From the NCBI GenBank assembly GCA_963729605.1, contig CAVSNY010000007.1, positions 864,001 through 928,000 of the forward strand: 64,000 nt of DNA. Reading direction: 5' to 3'. The DNA comes from an uncultured Gammaproteobacteria bacterium. Lineage in GTDB: Bacteria; Pseudomonadota; Gammaproteobacteria; DRLM01. The position numbers and the translations under genes are program-made. Positions within the stretch are counted from its first letter, which is position 1. Each line of letters starts with the position of its first letter. Below the pieces are notes generated by a model. It ran no database searches. It was given only the letters and a program-made list of their open reading frames with translations, and had not been told where the DNA came from. Below are positions 53,106 through 63,039 of this stretch, piece after piece.

Positions 53106-54405
53106 GGCATGGTCTCCGTGACGGGCAGCAGGTAGGCGAGCCAGGCCCAGGTCCGGCCAAGTTCGGTGATGTGACGGGTATGCTCAATATGGAGTTCTAT
53201 CTCGTCACGGCGTGCATCGAGCCAGGGTTGCAGCGCACCGCCACCACCGTAGCCCGCGATAGCCGCCTGCGTCCTGTCGTGAGCCAGCGGCAGGAGTTCC
53301 TGTTCCTTGCGCGCGACCTGGCGTTTGAGTCCGTTCCATTCGGCCAGGGCGCGATGCACAGCCTCGACCTGCATGCGGCGAGCCTCTTCATGGGAAGCGG
53401 CCACGGCATCCCGTTCGGCGCGGCGCGCTGCGATGCCACGGTCTTGCCGGTTGGCTGCGAACAACGGCAAGTCCACAGAGATTTCCAGCATCAGCAGATC
53501 GCTGCGTGATCTGTCGCGCTGTCCGTAAGATGCGGCAAGGCGCCAGTCTGGACGTTTCTCCGCTGCGGCCAGCGCCAACTCGGCTTCGGCGACCGCCTCG
53601 CGCGAACGCCAGGGCAGCAACGGTCCCTGGCGTTCGACCGATGCCAGCAGCGTAACGGCATCGACGGGCAGCGTCGCCAGGTCCGGTGGCGCGCCGACCG
53701 TACCGACCTCCATCGGATCGGCCCCTAACCAACGAGCGAGCGTGCCACGAGCCGCCTCCACCTCGGCACGTGCTGCGTCGATGCGATTCTCCAGATCGAG
53801 CCCGGCAGCTTGCACAGCCAGAGCTTCGGCAGCGGTGCCGACACCGCTGGCCAGACGGACCTCGGCCAGTCGGATGGCCAATGCCGACTGCTCTCGCTGG
53901 GACGTCAGCACCTCTTGCTCACGCTCAGCGGCCCACAGGGCAATCCAAGCGCCTGCGGCGACCTGGCGCACCGCCAGTTGCTCGGCGGTGGACAGCGCCT
54001 CGGCTTGCTCGATACCGCGATCCGCCATGGCTTGGCGAGCTTGTCGCTTGGCGCGCGCCGGAAATTCCTGCATCAGGCCGATTCGCTTCATAGTCATGTC
54101 CTCAGCGCGCCAATCGAAGGCTTGGGCGCCGGTGACCGGCCAGTTGTCGAGGCCGAAAGTCAGCCTGGGATCGGGCAGCGCGGCTGCGCGAACGGCTTCT
54201 TCGCGCGCGGCCTGGGTTTGCGATTGCCGCGCGTTGAGCATGGGAGCACGCTCGACAGCCAACGCAGCGTCTCATCAAACGATACGCCCCTCGACGGGGC
54301 TGCTTCAGTGATAGGAGGTAAAGGATGAGAGGGCGAGTAGCAGCGCCGCCCAATAGCGAAAGTTGCACCAGTAGGACAATGGAGCAACGGGAACAAAATG
54401 GACAT
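53102..54405 (-). CDS. TolC/CusC-type outer-membrane channel (frameshifts in the 5' ~140 bp)
   Basis: ALPDPRL..QEFP..KR, EKRPDW, LPLF..NRQ; GGAGG RBS and ATG at 54405, with signal-peptide pieces in other frames. Confidence 0.8.
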
Positions 54406-54687
54406 AAGACCTCCGAACACGCAGAAACGAATGCGCTGCCATTGCACGGCAGCAAGCGTGGCGCGATATCGCTGTTTCTACAGCGTCTACCGCGCGCGGC
54501 GCAGTACTGCCCAAACGCTCACATGCCTCACCGAATGTCAGGAGAATGAAACAATCTGCCAACGACGTACTGCACTGGACGGCGAGCGAACGTGCATCCC
54601 GACATTCAATGAGGAACAGCAGGTAATCGTTGATGCATGTTCAAGATGACAGCCATAGCAGACTTCGCGGGCGCGACATTTTTCCGA

Positions 54688-55461
54688 CTACCCCCATCCC
54701 ATGCGCAGCGGCATCCATATGGCCATTGCAATCATGATGAGATTCTCCGTAAGAGAGACGAAGCCCAGTGGCACATTGCTGTTGCCGCCCACGCAAGCGC
54801 ATTTGAGCTTGCGCTTGTCGATGTAGACCGCCTTAAATACCGAAACGGTGCCTACCGTGCCGATGAACAGAGCCAGGGGCGATGCGACCCACATCAGGGC
54901 TCCGGCCAGCATCAGAACTCCCGCCAGCGTCTCGCCGAAGGCATAGAAATACGCATAGGGCACATAGCGACGCGCCAGAAGATCGTAGTTGAGGAACATG
55001 GTCGAGAAACTTTCGACGTTCTGGAGTTTCTGCACACCGAGCAAGCACATGGCAACGGCAATTGACGCTTCGACGGCATGGATGCTGAACACAGTTCCGG
55101 AGGCGAACCAGCTCACCGCAAACCCCATCAGGAGCGCAACGCTGAACAGCGCAATAATCGGCTGGTAGGTCGTCTCGTCCTTCCCCCGCAGTCGTTTGCC
55201 GAAGTGTTTGCGCGTATCGTCATAGCCGCCGATCCGCTCGCCTCCGATGAAAACTTGCGGTGTGGTCTTGACATCATGCTCCTGCATGAAGCGATCGGCT
55301 TCCTCCCGCGTCGTCAGCAGATGGTCTTCGACCGAGAAACCCTGTCGTTCAAGGAACGACTTCGTCTTCAAACCGTACGGACACAAATGATCGCTCGTTG
55401 CCAGGCGATAGAGCGATGCCGTCGTACCGCCGCTCCGGCTCGGAACAGTCTGCTTTGTCAT
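54688..55461 (-). CDS. Glutaredoxin plus MauE/DoxX membrane protein
   Basis: CPYG, TTPQVFIGGERIGGYD, FLNYDLLA, CACVGG. Confidence 0.85.
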   Translation of the reverse strand: MTKQTVPSRSGGTTASLYRLATSDHLCPYGLKTKSFLERQGFSVEDHLLTTREEADRFMQEHDVKTTPQVFIGGERIGGYDDTRKHFGKRLRGKDETTYQPIIALFSVALLMGFAVSWFASGTVFSIHAVEASIAVAMCLLGVQKLQNVESFSTMFLNYDLLARRYVPYAYFYAFGETLAGVLMLAGALMWVASPLALFIGTVGTVSVFKAVYIDKRKLKCACVGGNSNVPLGFVSLTENLIMIAMAIWMPLRMGWG

Positions 55462-55474
55462 GGTGGTTCTCCTC

Positions 55475-56674
55475 TTAGAACCAGATGCGGACGCCCGCGA
55501 CGACGCGCGTGTCCTCGATGTCGTCGCGCTGTTCGCGTCGGTAGTCGGCGGTGCCGCCGTAGGCGCGCTCCCACACCACGCCGATGTAGGGCGCGAACTG
55601 ACGATGGAACTCGTAGCGCAGGCGGAAACCGGCCTCCAACGTGCTCAGGCCGCTACCGATGCCGCGCTCCCGATCGTCCTGCCCCCACACTTCGGCCTCG
55701 ACCAGCCACGTCCCGATCAGGCGGTTGGTGAACAGCGTCTCGTACTCGGCCTCAAGCCCGAGACCGGTCTGGCCCGATTCGCCGAGGTAGGCGGTCGCCT
55801 CGACTTCGAACATGTACGGCGCCAAGCCCATCACACCGACGGCAGCAAAGGTTTGCGACGGCCCTTCCCCAAAGTCGTGGCGAACACCGGCGACGAGGTC
55901 CCACCACCGCGCGATCGCGCGGCCATAAAGCACTTCGACATCGGCCGACTTGTTACTGCCGTCGATCGACTCGCCCTCGCTGCGCACCCATACGCGGTCC
56001 AGGTCGGTGCCGACCCAGCCGCTGCCTTCCCAGCCGATCGCGTTGCCCTCGTCCGCGTCCCAGGTTTCGAGCCGGTTGAGCAGCGCGAACCAGTTTATGC
56101 CGTCGTCGTGCACAGTGTGTCCGGCGACGTCGGGGAATGCCGCCGCGCGATCGGAATCGGTCACCGCCGGAATCGGTTCGCGCGGTGCGGCGTTCGCCGG
56201 CAGGTCTTGTCCTTGCATGCCGGCATGTTCTTCCGCCGTCATGCTTTCCATGTCGTGGCCCATGGCGGAGTGATCCATTTCCTCGGTTGGCTCGTCGGGC
56301 GGCATGTCATGACCCATTGCCGAGTGGTCTATCGCCTCCGTGGGCGACATGTCGTGACCCATTGCGGCATGGTCGACCGGTGTGGCTTGGGCCGGGGCCG
56401 GCCTGGAGGTGGGCTTTGGCTTGGAATTTGGCGCCGGCATGACATGGCCGGCATGCGGATCGACCGCTGGCTTTGGCGCGGCGGTCGGAGCTGTAGACGG
56501 CTGCGGTTCGGGCTTGCGGGCCGCCGGCGCGGGTTCCGGTGCCGGCATCTGCATCTTCGAATGATCCATTTCCTGTGCGAAGGCTGGCGCGGACACCCCG
56601 CCCAGCACGATCGCGATCGCAACACCGAGTGCGCGCGTGCGTGTGATTGAAGGTATCGACTTCATGATGTTCAT
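55475..56674 (-). CDS. copB: Copper resistance protein B
   Basis: MDHSKM and DHxAMGHDM repeats, WVGTDLDR, GLAPYMFE, RLRYE..FAPYIG, GVRIWF. Confidence 0.92.
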   Translation of the reverse strand: MNIMKSIPSITRTRALGVAIAIVLGGVSAPAFAQEMDHSKMQMPAPEPAPAARKPEPQPSTAPTAAPKPAVDPHAGHVMPAPNSKPKPTSRPAPAQATPVDHAAMGHDMSPTEAIDHSAMGHDMPPDEPTEEMDHSAMGHDMESMTAEEHAGMQGQDLPANAAPREPIPAVTDSDRAAAFPDVAGHTVHDDGINWFALLNRLETWDADEGNAIGWEGSGWVGTDLDRVWVRSEGESIDGSNKSADVEVLYGRAIARWWDLVAGVRHDFGEGPSQTFAAVGVMGLAPYMFEVEATAYLGESGQTGLGLEAEYETLFTNRLIGTWLVEAEVWGQDDRERGIGSGLSTLEAGFRLRYEFHRQFAPYIGVVWERAYGGTADYRREQRDDIEDTRVVAGVRIWF

Positions 56675-58512
56675 TCCTCTATCCGCACTTCGCGGAACAT
56701 GCCGGCTTCCATGTGGTACAGCAGGTGGCAGTGATACGCCCAGCGTCCGAGCGCGTCGGCGCGCACGCGGTAGCTGCGTTTGCTGCCGGGCGGCATGTCG
56801 ATGGTGTGCTTGCGCACCTGGAAGTTGCCATCGGCGTCCTCCAGGTCGCTCCACACGCCGTGCAGGTGGATTGGGTGGGTCATCATCGTGTCGTTGACCA
56901 GTACGATGCGCACGCGCTCGCCATACTTGAGCACCAGCGGTTCGGCCGACGAGAACTTGATGCCGTCGAACGACCACGCGAAGCGTTCCATGTGGCCGGT
57001 CAGGTGCAACTCGATGGTGCGGCCGGGCTCACGCCCGTCGGGGTCAGGAAAGGTACTTTTCAGATCGGCGTAAGTCAGCACCCGACGACCGTTGTCGCGC
57101 AGGCCGATGCCGGGGTCATCGAGCTTCGCGGTCGGCGCCATGGTCTGCATGTCGACCAGTGGGTTGTTGCTCTCGCTGGCGGGGTGCTGTTGCATGCCGC
57201 CTGCGCCATGGTCCATGCCGGCCATGGCGCCGCCGGCCATCGCGGACATGTCGTGACCGCTGTGGTCCATGCCTTCCATGGAACTGTTTTCCATCGAGCC
57301 GCCTGACATCGACGACATGTCGTGACCACCACCGCCCATGCCGCCATGACCCATGTCGTCCATGGTCAGGATCGGTTTCGGATCGACTGCGGGCACCGGC
57401 GCGCGCAGGCCTTCGCGCACCGCGAGGGTGCCGCTGACGTAACCGGTGCGGCCCATATCCTGCGCGAAGATCGTGAAGGCATCCTGGCCGGTGGGCTCCA
57501 CGATCACATCGAACGTCTCGGCGGTTGCGATGCGGAACTCGTCGACCGACACCGGGCGCACGTACTGGCCATCGGCGGCGACCACGGTCATCTTCAGACC
57601 CGGGATGCGCACGTCGAAATGGGTCATCGCCGAGCCATTGATGAAGCGCAACCGCACCTTTTCACCGGACTGGAAAATCCCCGTCCAGTTGCCCAGCGCG
57701 GTGGTGCCGTTCAACAGGTAGGTGTAGGTGTTACCGTTGACGTCCGACAGGTCGGTCGGGGTCATCCGCATCTCGCCCCACGCCTTGCGGTGCCGCAGAG
57801 TGGCTGCCAGACCTTGTTCCTTCACGTCATCGATCCAGTCGCCGACCGTGAGCTTGGCGAAGTTGTCGTAGTCCGATGCCTTTTTGAGCCGCGCGAACAG
57901 ATCCGTGGGGTCCAGATCGGTCCAGTCCGACAGCAGTACGACATAGTCGCGGTCGTAGGTGAAGGGCTCTGGCTCCAGCGGATCGATCACGATCGCGCCG
58001 TAAACGCCGGCCTGTTCCTGGAACCCGGAATGGCTGTGGTACCAGTAAGTACCGTTCTGGATCACGTCGAAACGGTACGGGTACGTTTCACCGCGATTGA
58101 TGCCGTCGAAACTCAGGCCCGGCACGCCATCCATGTTGGCCGGCAACAGGATGCCGTGCCAGTGGATCGAGGTCTGGTGGCCGTGGATCGAGTCGGCCGG
58201 CAGTTTGTTGGATACCCGCAGATTGACCGTGTCGCCCTCGCGCCAGCGCAGCAGTGGTGCCGGCACCGATCCATTCACAGTAATGCCGGTACGGGTGGCG
58301 CCAGTGAAGTTCAGCGGTGTTTCGCCGATCGAGAGGTCGAATTCGGTGCCTGCCAGCACCGTCTTCTGCCCGTGCGATTGCAGCGCCCACACAGGTTTGG
58401 GCCACAGCCCGAGACCGAACAGCGCGCCGCCAGCTGCCAGCCCGTGGACAAACTGCCGCCGTGATAGCGCGAACTTTTCCTCGGCACCTGAACCGAAAGG
58501 TCTGGATGACAT
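56671..58512 (-). CDS. copA: Copper-resistance multicopper oxidase
   Basis: Tat signal SRRQF, HWHG, YWYHSH, HPIHLHG, YHCHLLYHMEAGM, Met/His-rich linker. Confidence 0.95.
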   Translation of the reverse strand: MSSRPFGSGAEEKFALSRRQFVHGLAAGGALFGLGLWPKPVWALQSHGQKTVLAGTEFDLSIGETPLNFTGATRTGITVNGSVPAPLLRWREGDTVNLRVSNKLPADSIHGHQTSIHWHGILLPANMDGVPGLSFDGINRGETYPYRFDVIQNGTYWYHSHSGFQEQAGVYGAIVIDPLEPEPFTYDRDYVVLLSDWTDLDPTDLFARLKKASDYDNFAKLTVGDWIDDVKEQGLAATLRHRKAWGEMRMTPTDLSDVNGNTYTYLLNGTTALGNWTGIFQSGEKVRLRFINGSAMTHFDVRIPGLKMTVVAADGQYVRPVSVDEFRIATAETFDVIVEPTGQDAFTIFAQDMGRTGYVSGTLAVREGLRAPVPAVDPKPILTMDDMGHGGMGGGGHDMSSMSGGSMENSSMEGMDHSGHDMSAMAGGAMAGMDHGAGGMQQHPASESNNPLVDMQTMAPTAKLDDPGIGLRDNGRRVLTYADLKSTFPDPDGREPGRTIELHLTGHMERFAWSFDGIKFSSAEPLVLKYGERVRIVLVNDTMMTHPIHLHGVWSDLEDADGNFQVRKHTIDMPPGSKRSYRVRADALGRWAYHCHLLYHMEAGMFREVRIEE

Positions 58513-58780
58513 GAATGATCTCCGATGATCGGTATGGATTGACCTCTGTGGCAGAGCACGCGAATCACTGCGGCACATGCCATCGGGTGTCTGCTGCACC
58601 CGACGTCGCTATGGCGGAAGGAGCCAATTCAGAGCATGCCGGATGTGGCAACCCGCAGCGGCTGCCATTCCCGGGGCCTTTCTGAACAGGCATCACATAG
58701 CGCACCGCCATAGAGCCACGTCTGTAGAACTCGCGGCATCCAACATAGGCGATGGTCACTGTCGCCGAGATGACTCATTC

Positions 58781-58796
58781 ATTACATTTGCGTCAT
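58781..58796 (-). promoter_or_regulatory. Cop box upstream of copA
   Basis: Minus strand ATGACGCAAATGTAAT. Confidence 0.65.
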
Positions 58797-58835
58797 CCAA
58801 TAGTCATTTTTGGATGATCTTGAGGCTATGGGCTC

Positions 58836-59180
58836 TTGGTAGGCCTGATCGCTGTCGGCAGGATCGCGGCACAAACCAGTATCGTGGTGATGCGTCATCT
58901 TGTTGACCACACCTACCGTAACGTGCGGGAACAGAGTCGCCTGCGATCCGCTAGAACGTGGATGCGGCCATGATCGACGGCACCCTGAAATGTCTGTGCT
59001 TGATGCTGATGACCGTGGTGGCTTCCACCTTCGGATTGATGCCTCTGCCGTGGAAGCCGAACGTCAGTGCCGACATGTAGGCGCGCATCGCGAAGCCTGT
59101 CGTGGGCGGGATGTGGTTCTCCATGTTCCTGACTCTACTGCGGCCTTTGCCATCTGGTGTCACTGGCAGCTCAGCCACTC
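58836..59180 (+). pseudogene. Decayed 3' remnant of a second cusA/czcA-like gene
   Basis: Frame-hopping translation VGLIAVGRIAAQTSIVVM../DAAMIDG..MLMTVVASTFGLMPL..ADM*ARIAKPVVGGMWFSMFLTLL/AFAIW parallels the last TM helices of CusA at 48690-51842 ([41 protein letters not shown]). Confidence 0.7.
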
Positions 59181-59245
59181 CCCGGCCCGAGTAGGCGATC
59201 GCAAAGCAAGTCTTGCTGTGTGGAGCCCGCACAGATGACAAATCA

Positions 59246-59261
59246 ATGACGTAAATGTAAC
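59246..59261 (+). promoter_or_regulatory. Cop box upstream of DUF411-HMA-copC-copD
   Basis: ATGACGTAAATGTAAC, similar to the other two boxes. Confidence 0.6.
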
Positions 59262-59396
59262 GCGCGGGTCATTTTCCTGACAGCCCAGCTCTTTAGCATT
59301 GGTATGAAGACGCATGGTGCATTTTAGGACCTCGAATCACACCCGAGCGCCATGAATCCCCCCTGTACCGACAATTAAAGAGTCACGGAGCCGAGC

Positions 59397-59864
59397 ATGA
59401 TGAATGTCTCTATCAAATACCGCGTCTGGTTGGCGGGCCTGTTTCTGTCGTCCATGCTCGGTACTAATGTGGCAACCGCATCGGAGCTGAGCGCAGAAGT
59501 CTGGAAAGACCCCAGCTGTGGCTGCTGCAACGAATGGGTCCAGCATCTTGAAGAAGTGGGCATCCAAGTCCGCACTTTCAATATCGGCAACACCGCTATA
59601 CGGGAACAGTTTGGCATCGCAAGACAGTTTGGCTCCTGTCATACCGCCAGAATCGGCGGCTATGCCATCGAAGGCCATGTACCCGCTGCCGATATCAAAC
59701 GTCTCCTGAAAGAAAAGCCCGAGGCGATCGGCCTGGCCGTACCAGGTATGCCGATCGGGTCACCTGGCATGGACGGCCCGCTCTATGGCGACCGCAAAGA
59801 CCCCTACGACGTTCTGCTGATCCATGTCGATGGCAGCACCAGCGTCTATCAAGCCTATCGCTGA
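59397..59864 (+). CDS. DUF411 (CopG-like) periplasmic metal-binding protein
   Basis: KDPSCGCC.EW..HL, SCHTA, EGHVP, LAVPGMPIGSPGM. Confidence 0.9.
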   Translation: MMNVSIKYRVWLAGLFLSSMLGTNVATASELSAEVWKDPSCGCCNEWVQHLEEVGIQVRTFNIGNTAIREQFGIARQFGSCHTARIGGYAIEGHVPAADIKRLLKEKPEAIGLAVPGMPIGSPGMDGPLYGDRKDPYDVLLIHVDGSTSVYQAYR

Positions 59865-59919
59865 TCGATGCGATGAAACGGCCAATGTCCCGCTTCGGGA
59901 TCAAGAGGAGAACACAATC

Positions 59920-60195
59920 ATGAACACAGTGGATCTCGACGTCCAGGGCATGAGCTGCGGCTCATGTATCGCGAAAGTCACCGATGCGCTGAAAGAGCTG
60001 CCGGGAGTCGATGCCGTGGAAGTGCATTTGGCCACCGGCCGCGTTCAAGTTCGAGGCAACTTCGATCAAGGCAATGATCCGCTGCTGTCGACGTTGCAAC
60101 AGGCCGGGTATCCCGCGCGTCTGGCAAGCGGCGACACCCTGTCCAGCCAATCAACAGAAGGCGGCGGCCGAAGTTGCTGCAGCCGAAATTCTTAA
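59920..60195 (+). CDS. HMA-domain (CopZ-like) metal chaperone
   Basis: GMSCGSC, AGYPA; C-terminal CC. Confidence 0.88.
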   Translation: MNTVDLDVQGMSCGSCIAKVTDALKELPGVDAVEVHLATGRVQVRGNFDQGNDPLLSTLQQAGYPARLASGDTLSSQSTEGGGRSCCSRNS

Positions 60196-60212
60196 ACATA
60201 GGAAGAGGTGTA

Positions 60213-60605
60213 ATGCACATGAACCGTACTACTCAATTTCGCTCTCTGATTGTTGGTGCCTGTCTTGCGACCGGCTTACTGATCACATCGGTCGCTCAGG
60301 CCCATATCTCCCTCGTCAAATCCATACCGACGGCCGATGCTGTTGTCACGACACCGCAGCAGATCGATCTCGTCTTCAGTGAACAGCTTGTACTTCGCGC
60401 CTCGCGCTTGGAGCTGAGCGTCATAAAGGACGGTGGGGCCGCGGAGAAAGTCGAGCACATCGACGTTGAACTCATCAACGACGGCAAGACGCTGCGCGCT
60501 ACGTTGCATAACCCCCTCGGAGTAGGCGTCTACCAGGTGCAATGGCGCGCCGTCGGTGATGACAACCATCCGATGACTGGCGAATACAGCTTCACCATCA
60601 AATGA
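60213..60605 (+). CDS. copC: Copper resistance protein CopC
   Basis: Signal ending AQA, mature His1, S.P..D, FSE, WRAVGDDNHP..G.YSF. Confidence 0.9.
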   Translation: MHMNRTTQFRSLIVGACLATGLLITSVAQAHISLVKSIPTADAVVTTPQQIDLVFSEQLVLRASRLELSVIKDGGAAEKVEHIDVELINDGKTLRATLHNPLGVGVYQVQWRAVGDDNHPMTGEYSFTIK

Positions 60606-60620
60606 GCGGGCGCCAACATC

Positions 60621-61565
60621 ATGTCCAGTCTTCCCGACTACACGCTTCGGTTCATGCAGTACCTGGACTTGATGCTGCTGTTCGGATTGCCGCTATTCGC
60701 GTGGTACGGTCCGGCCGCCTCAACGACCAGCGGCGATAAGCACCCACCCCTGCCCAGATGGGCCTTGACCCAGGGGCTCCTGATCTGTGGGGTGCTCGGC
60801 TTGGCGCTGGCGGGCATTGAGATTGTGCGCAGCACGGCTGGCATCATGGGGGTCGCGGTTTCCGATCTGGCGCGGGACGACTTGGCCTGGTATCTGTTCG
60901 ACACCCCCGCTGGGCGCGCCGGGCTGACGCGAGCATTCCTGCTGGTTCTGCTGCTTGCTGTACTCGGCTGGCAGTCGCAGCGCGCCGAGCGCCCATTCCC
61001 CATTCGGCGAGTGACCCTACTGGCCGGCGTGGCGCTGGTCAGCCTGGCGTGGAATGGACATGCTGCCAGTGGCGAGGGTGTGAGTGGTACGGTGCGGCTG
61101 GTGGCTGGTATGGCGCACCTGCTCGCTGCCGGCGGCTGGATCGGGGCCATCTTCGCCTTGCTGATTTTGTTCGTTCGTCACGGCAAGCCCGCCGCGGGTG
61201 AGGGCTTGCACATGCTGTGGCGGGCACTGCACACCTTTTCGCGGCCGGGCACGGTCTTCGTCGGCGTCCTGGTGGTGACCGGCATCTTTCACTACGGGGA
61301 TCTGGTCGGCTGGTCCATCGCACCGCTGTTTCACAGCCGGCACGGTAACCTGATGCTGCTCAAGCTGGCGCTGTTCGCTGCGATGCTGGGCCTCGCCGCC
61401 CTGCATCGCTGGTGGTTGGTGCCCCGGCTCGAACGTGACATCCATACCGGCGTCCCCTCGCACTCTGCACAGCACCTGCGACTGAGTGTGACCATCGAGG
61501 CGACGATCGCGCTCCTGATTCTGGTAAGCGTAGCGGTACTCGGCACCCTTAGCCCTCATGGATGA
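60621..61565 (+). CDS. copD: Copper resistance membrane protein CopD
   Basis: Multiple TM segments, WNGHAA, HLLAAGGWIG, LLKLALF, LGTLSP. Confidence 0.9.
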   Translation: MSSLPDYTLRFMQYLDLMLLFGLPLFAWYGPAASTTSGDKHPPLPRWALTQGLLICGVLGLALAGIEIVRSTAGIMGVAVSDLARDDLAWYLFDTPAGRAGLTRAFLLVLLLAVLGWQSQRAERPFPIRRVTLLAGVALVSLAWNGHAASGEGVSGTVRLVAGMAHLLAAGGWIGAIFALLILFVRHGKPAAGEGLHMLWRALHTFSRPGTVFVGVLVVTGIFHYGDLVGWSIAPLFHSRHGNLMLLKLALFAAMLGLAALHRWWLVPRLERDIHTGVPSHSAQHLRLSVTIEATIALLILVSVAVLGTLSPHG

Positions 61566-61644
61566 CAACACTTGGAGGCCAACAGGTGGACAACAACCAA
61601 CCAGGGACTTTGTGCATGCCATGCACGAGTAATGAAGGGGCCTC

Positions 61645-62574
61645 ATGGAGCTACGTCATTTACGGTGTTTCATCGCAGTTGCGAAAGAACTCCATTTCGC
61701 CCGCGCTGCCGAGCGGCTGCACATCGAACAGTCGCCGCTGTCACGCGCCATTAAGGAATTAGAAGAAGAACTCGGGGTTCGTCTGTTCGACAGGACGACC
61801 CGCAGCACGCGATTGACTCGCGCGGGGAAACTTTTCCTTGAGCATGTGCCACGTGTCTTTACCGCTCTGGAGCAGGCGCGCGGCAGCGTGAGGGCAGCGG
61901 CGGCCGGCTATCAGGGTCAACTGCGCATCGCGTTGTCCGATGGCATCACACCGCCGCGCTTCACTGCCTTGCTGGCGCAATGCCGACAGGACGAACCGGA
62001 GGTCGATATCCGGTTGTATGAGGTGCCGCTGTCGCAGCAGATCAGGGGATTGCACGACGATCTCTACGACGTAGGATTCGCGCAGTCCGCCGAGGTGGGT
62101 GAAAGCATCCTGGCCGAACCGGCCTGGAGTGATCCGCTGATGGTCGCCGTACCCGCACGGCATCCACTGCTGACGTACAAACGTATTCCGCTGGACGAAG
62201 TGCTGCGCTATCCGCTGGTGATGTGCGATCCGCAGTTATGCGAAGGCTATGGCCGGCAGATTGCGCGCATTCTTCGCACCGTGGACGCGGAACCGCTTGT
62301 CGCGGAACAAGTGGCGTCGCTGGACCTAATGTTGGCACTGGTGGCTGCAGGGTATGCACTGGCGTTGGTCGGAGCGTCGCAGCTCATCGCTTGCCGTAAC
62401 GCCGACGTGATCGGCAGGCCCCTGGCGGGACGTTCCCCCATGCTGACCACCTATCTGCTGCGGCGAGATGTTGAGCCATCCGAAACCTTGAGCCGCTTCA
62501 TTGATCGAGTCAGCCCGATTATCACGGACGCACCTTCGCACACCCCCGAATCCACGAAGGAGATCAACTCATGA
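61645..62574 (+). CDS. traR: LysR-type regulator TraR of Tn4371-family ICEs
   Basis: MELRHLRCF..ELHFARAAERLHIEQSPLSRAIKELE; conserved position before eex-traG. Confidence 0.85.
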   Translation: MELRHLRCFIAVAKELHFARAAERLHIEQSPLSRAIKELEEELGVRLFDRTTRSTRLTRAGKLFLEHVPRVFTALEQARGSVRAAAAGYQGQLRIALSDGITPPRFTALLAQCRQDEPEVDIRLYEVPLSQQIRGLHDDLYDVGFAQSAEVGESILAEPAWSDPLMVAVPARHPLLTYKRIPLDEVLRYPLVMCDPQLCEGYGRQIARILRTVDAEPLVAEQVASLDLMLALVAAGYALALVGASQLIACRNADVIGRPLAGRSPMLTTYLLRRDVEPSETLSRFIDRVSPIITDAPSHTPESTKEINS

Positions 62575-62819
62575 GAATACTCACTGCGCTTTCGCTCACA
62601 CTGGTGATGACCGCTTGCGGCGAATCGGCACCGACGGAGACGGTCGAGTCATTGGTCGCCAATCCAGAACGCCTGAAGGAACTGCGCGAACAATGCCGCG
62701 CCGACCGCGCCAAGCTCGGCGACGAGTTGTGCAACGCGGTTGCCGAGGCCACGCGCCAGCGCTTTATGGGGGATGGCGACGTGCCCCATACGCCGCCGAC
62801 GGAAGAACCGAAGTTCTGA
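62571..62819 (+). CDS. EexN-family entry-exclusion lipoprotein
   Basis: Lipobox MTAC, ETVESL.ANPERLK.LR.QC..C. Confidence 0.8.
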   Translation: MRILTALSLTLVMTACGESAPTETVESLVANPERLKELREQCRADRAKLGDELCNAVAEATRQRFMGDGDVPHTPPTEEPKF

Positions 62820-63039
62820 TTCAGCGCTTCGCGCAAAAGAATTTCATCCCATTGCTACACACGCCGCAGCGCGCTGTCGTTCGCGGCGTTTCTCTTGTAT
62901 ACGCCCCAGAGATAAATATTGCGTTTTTGCCTCGAATTGTGCCGATAACAGTCTTTGACCGGCACTGATCCGGCACCGAACCTGACACCTGCGGCACTCG
63001 CTTTGCCGCTCAACGTGCAGGAGCTATTCGGAGGCCGTA

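Noticed and set aside
56245-57350. DHxAMGHDM / GHDMS repeats in copB and copA
   Set aside because: Ordinary Met/His-rich copper-binding linkers of these families.
58513-58780. copL-like gene upstream of copA
   Set aside because: No frame I translated shows the Cys-rich CopL pattern.
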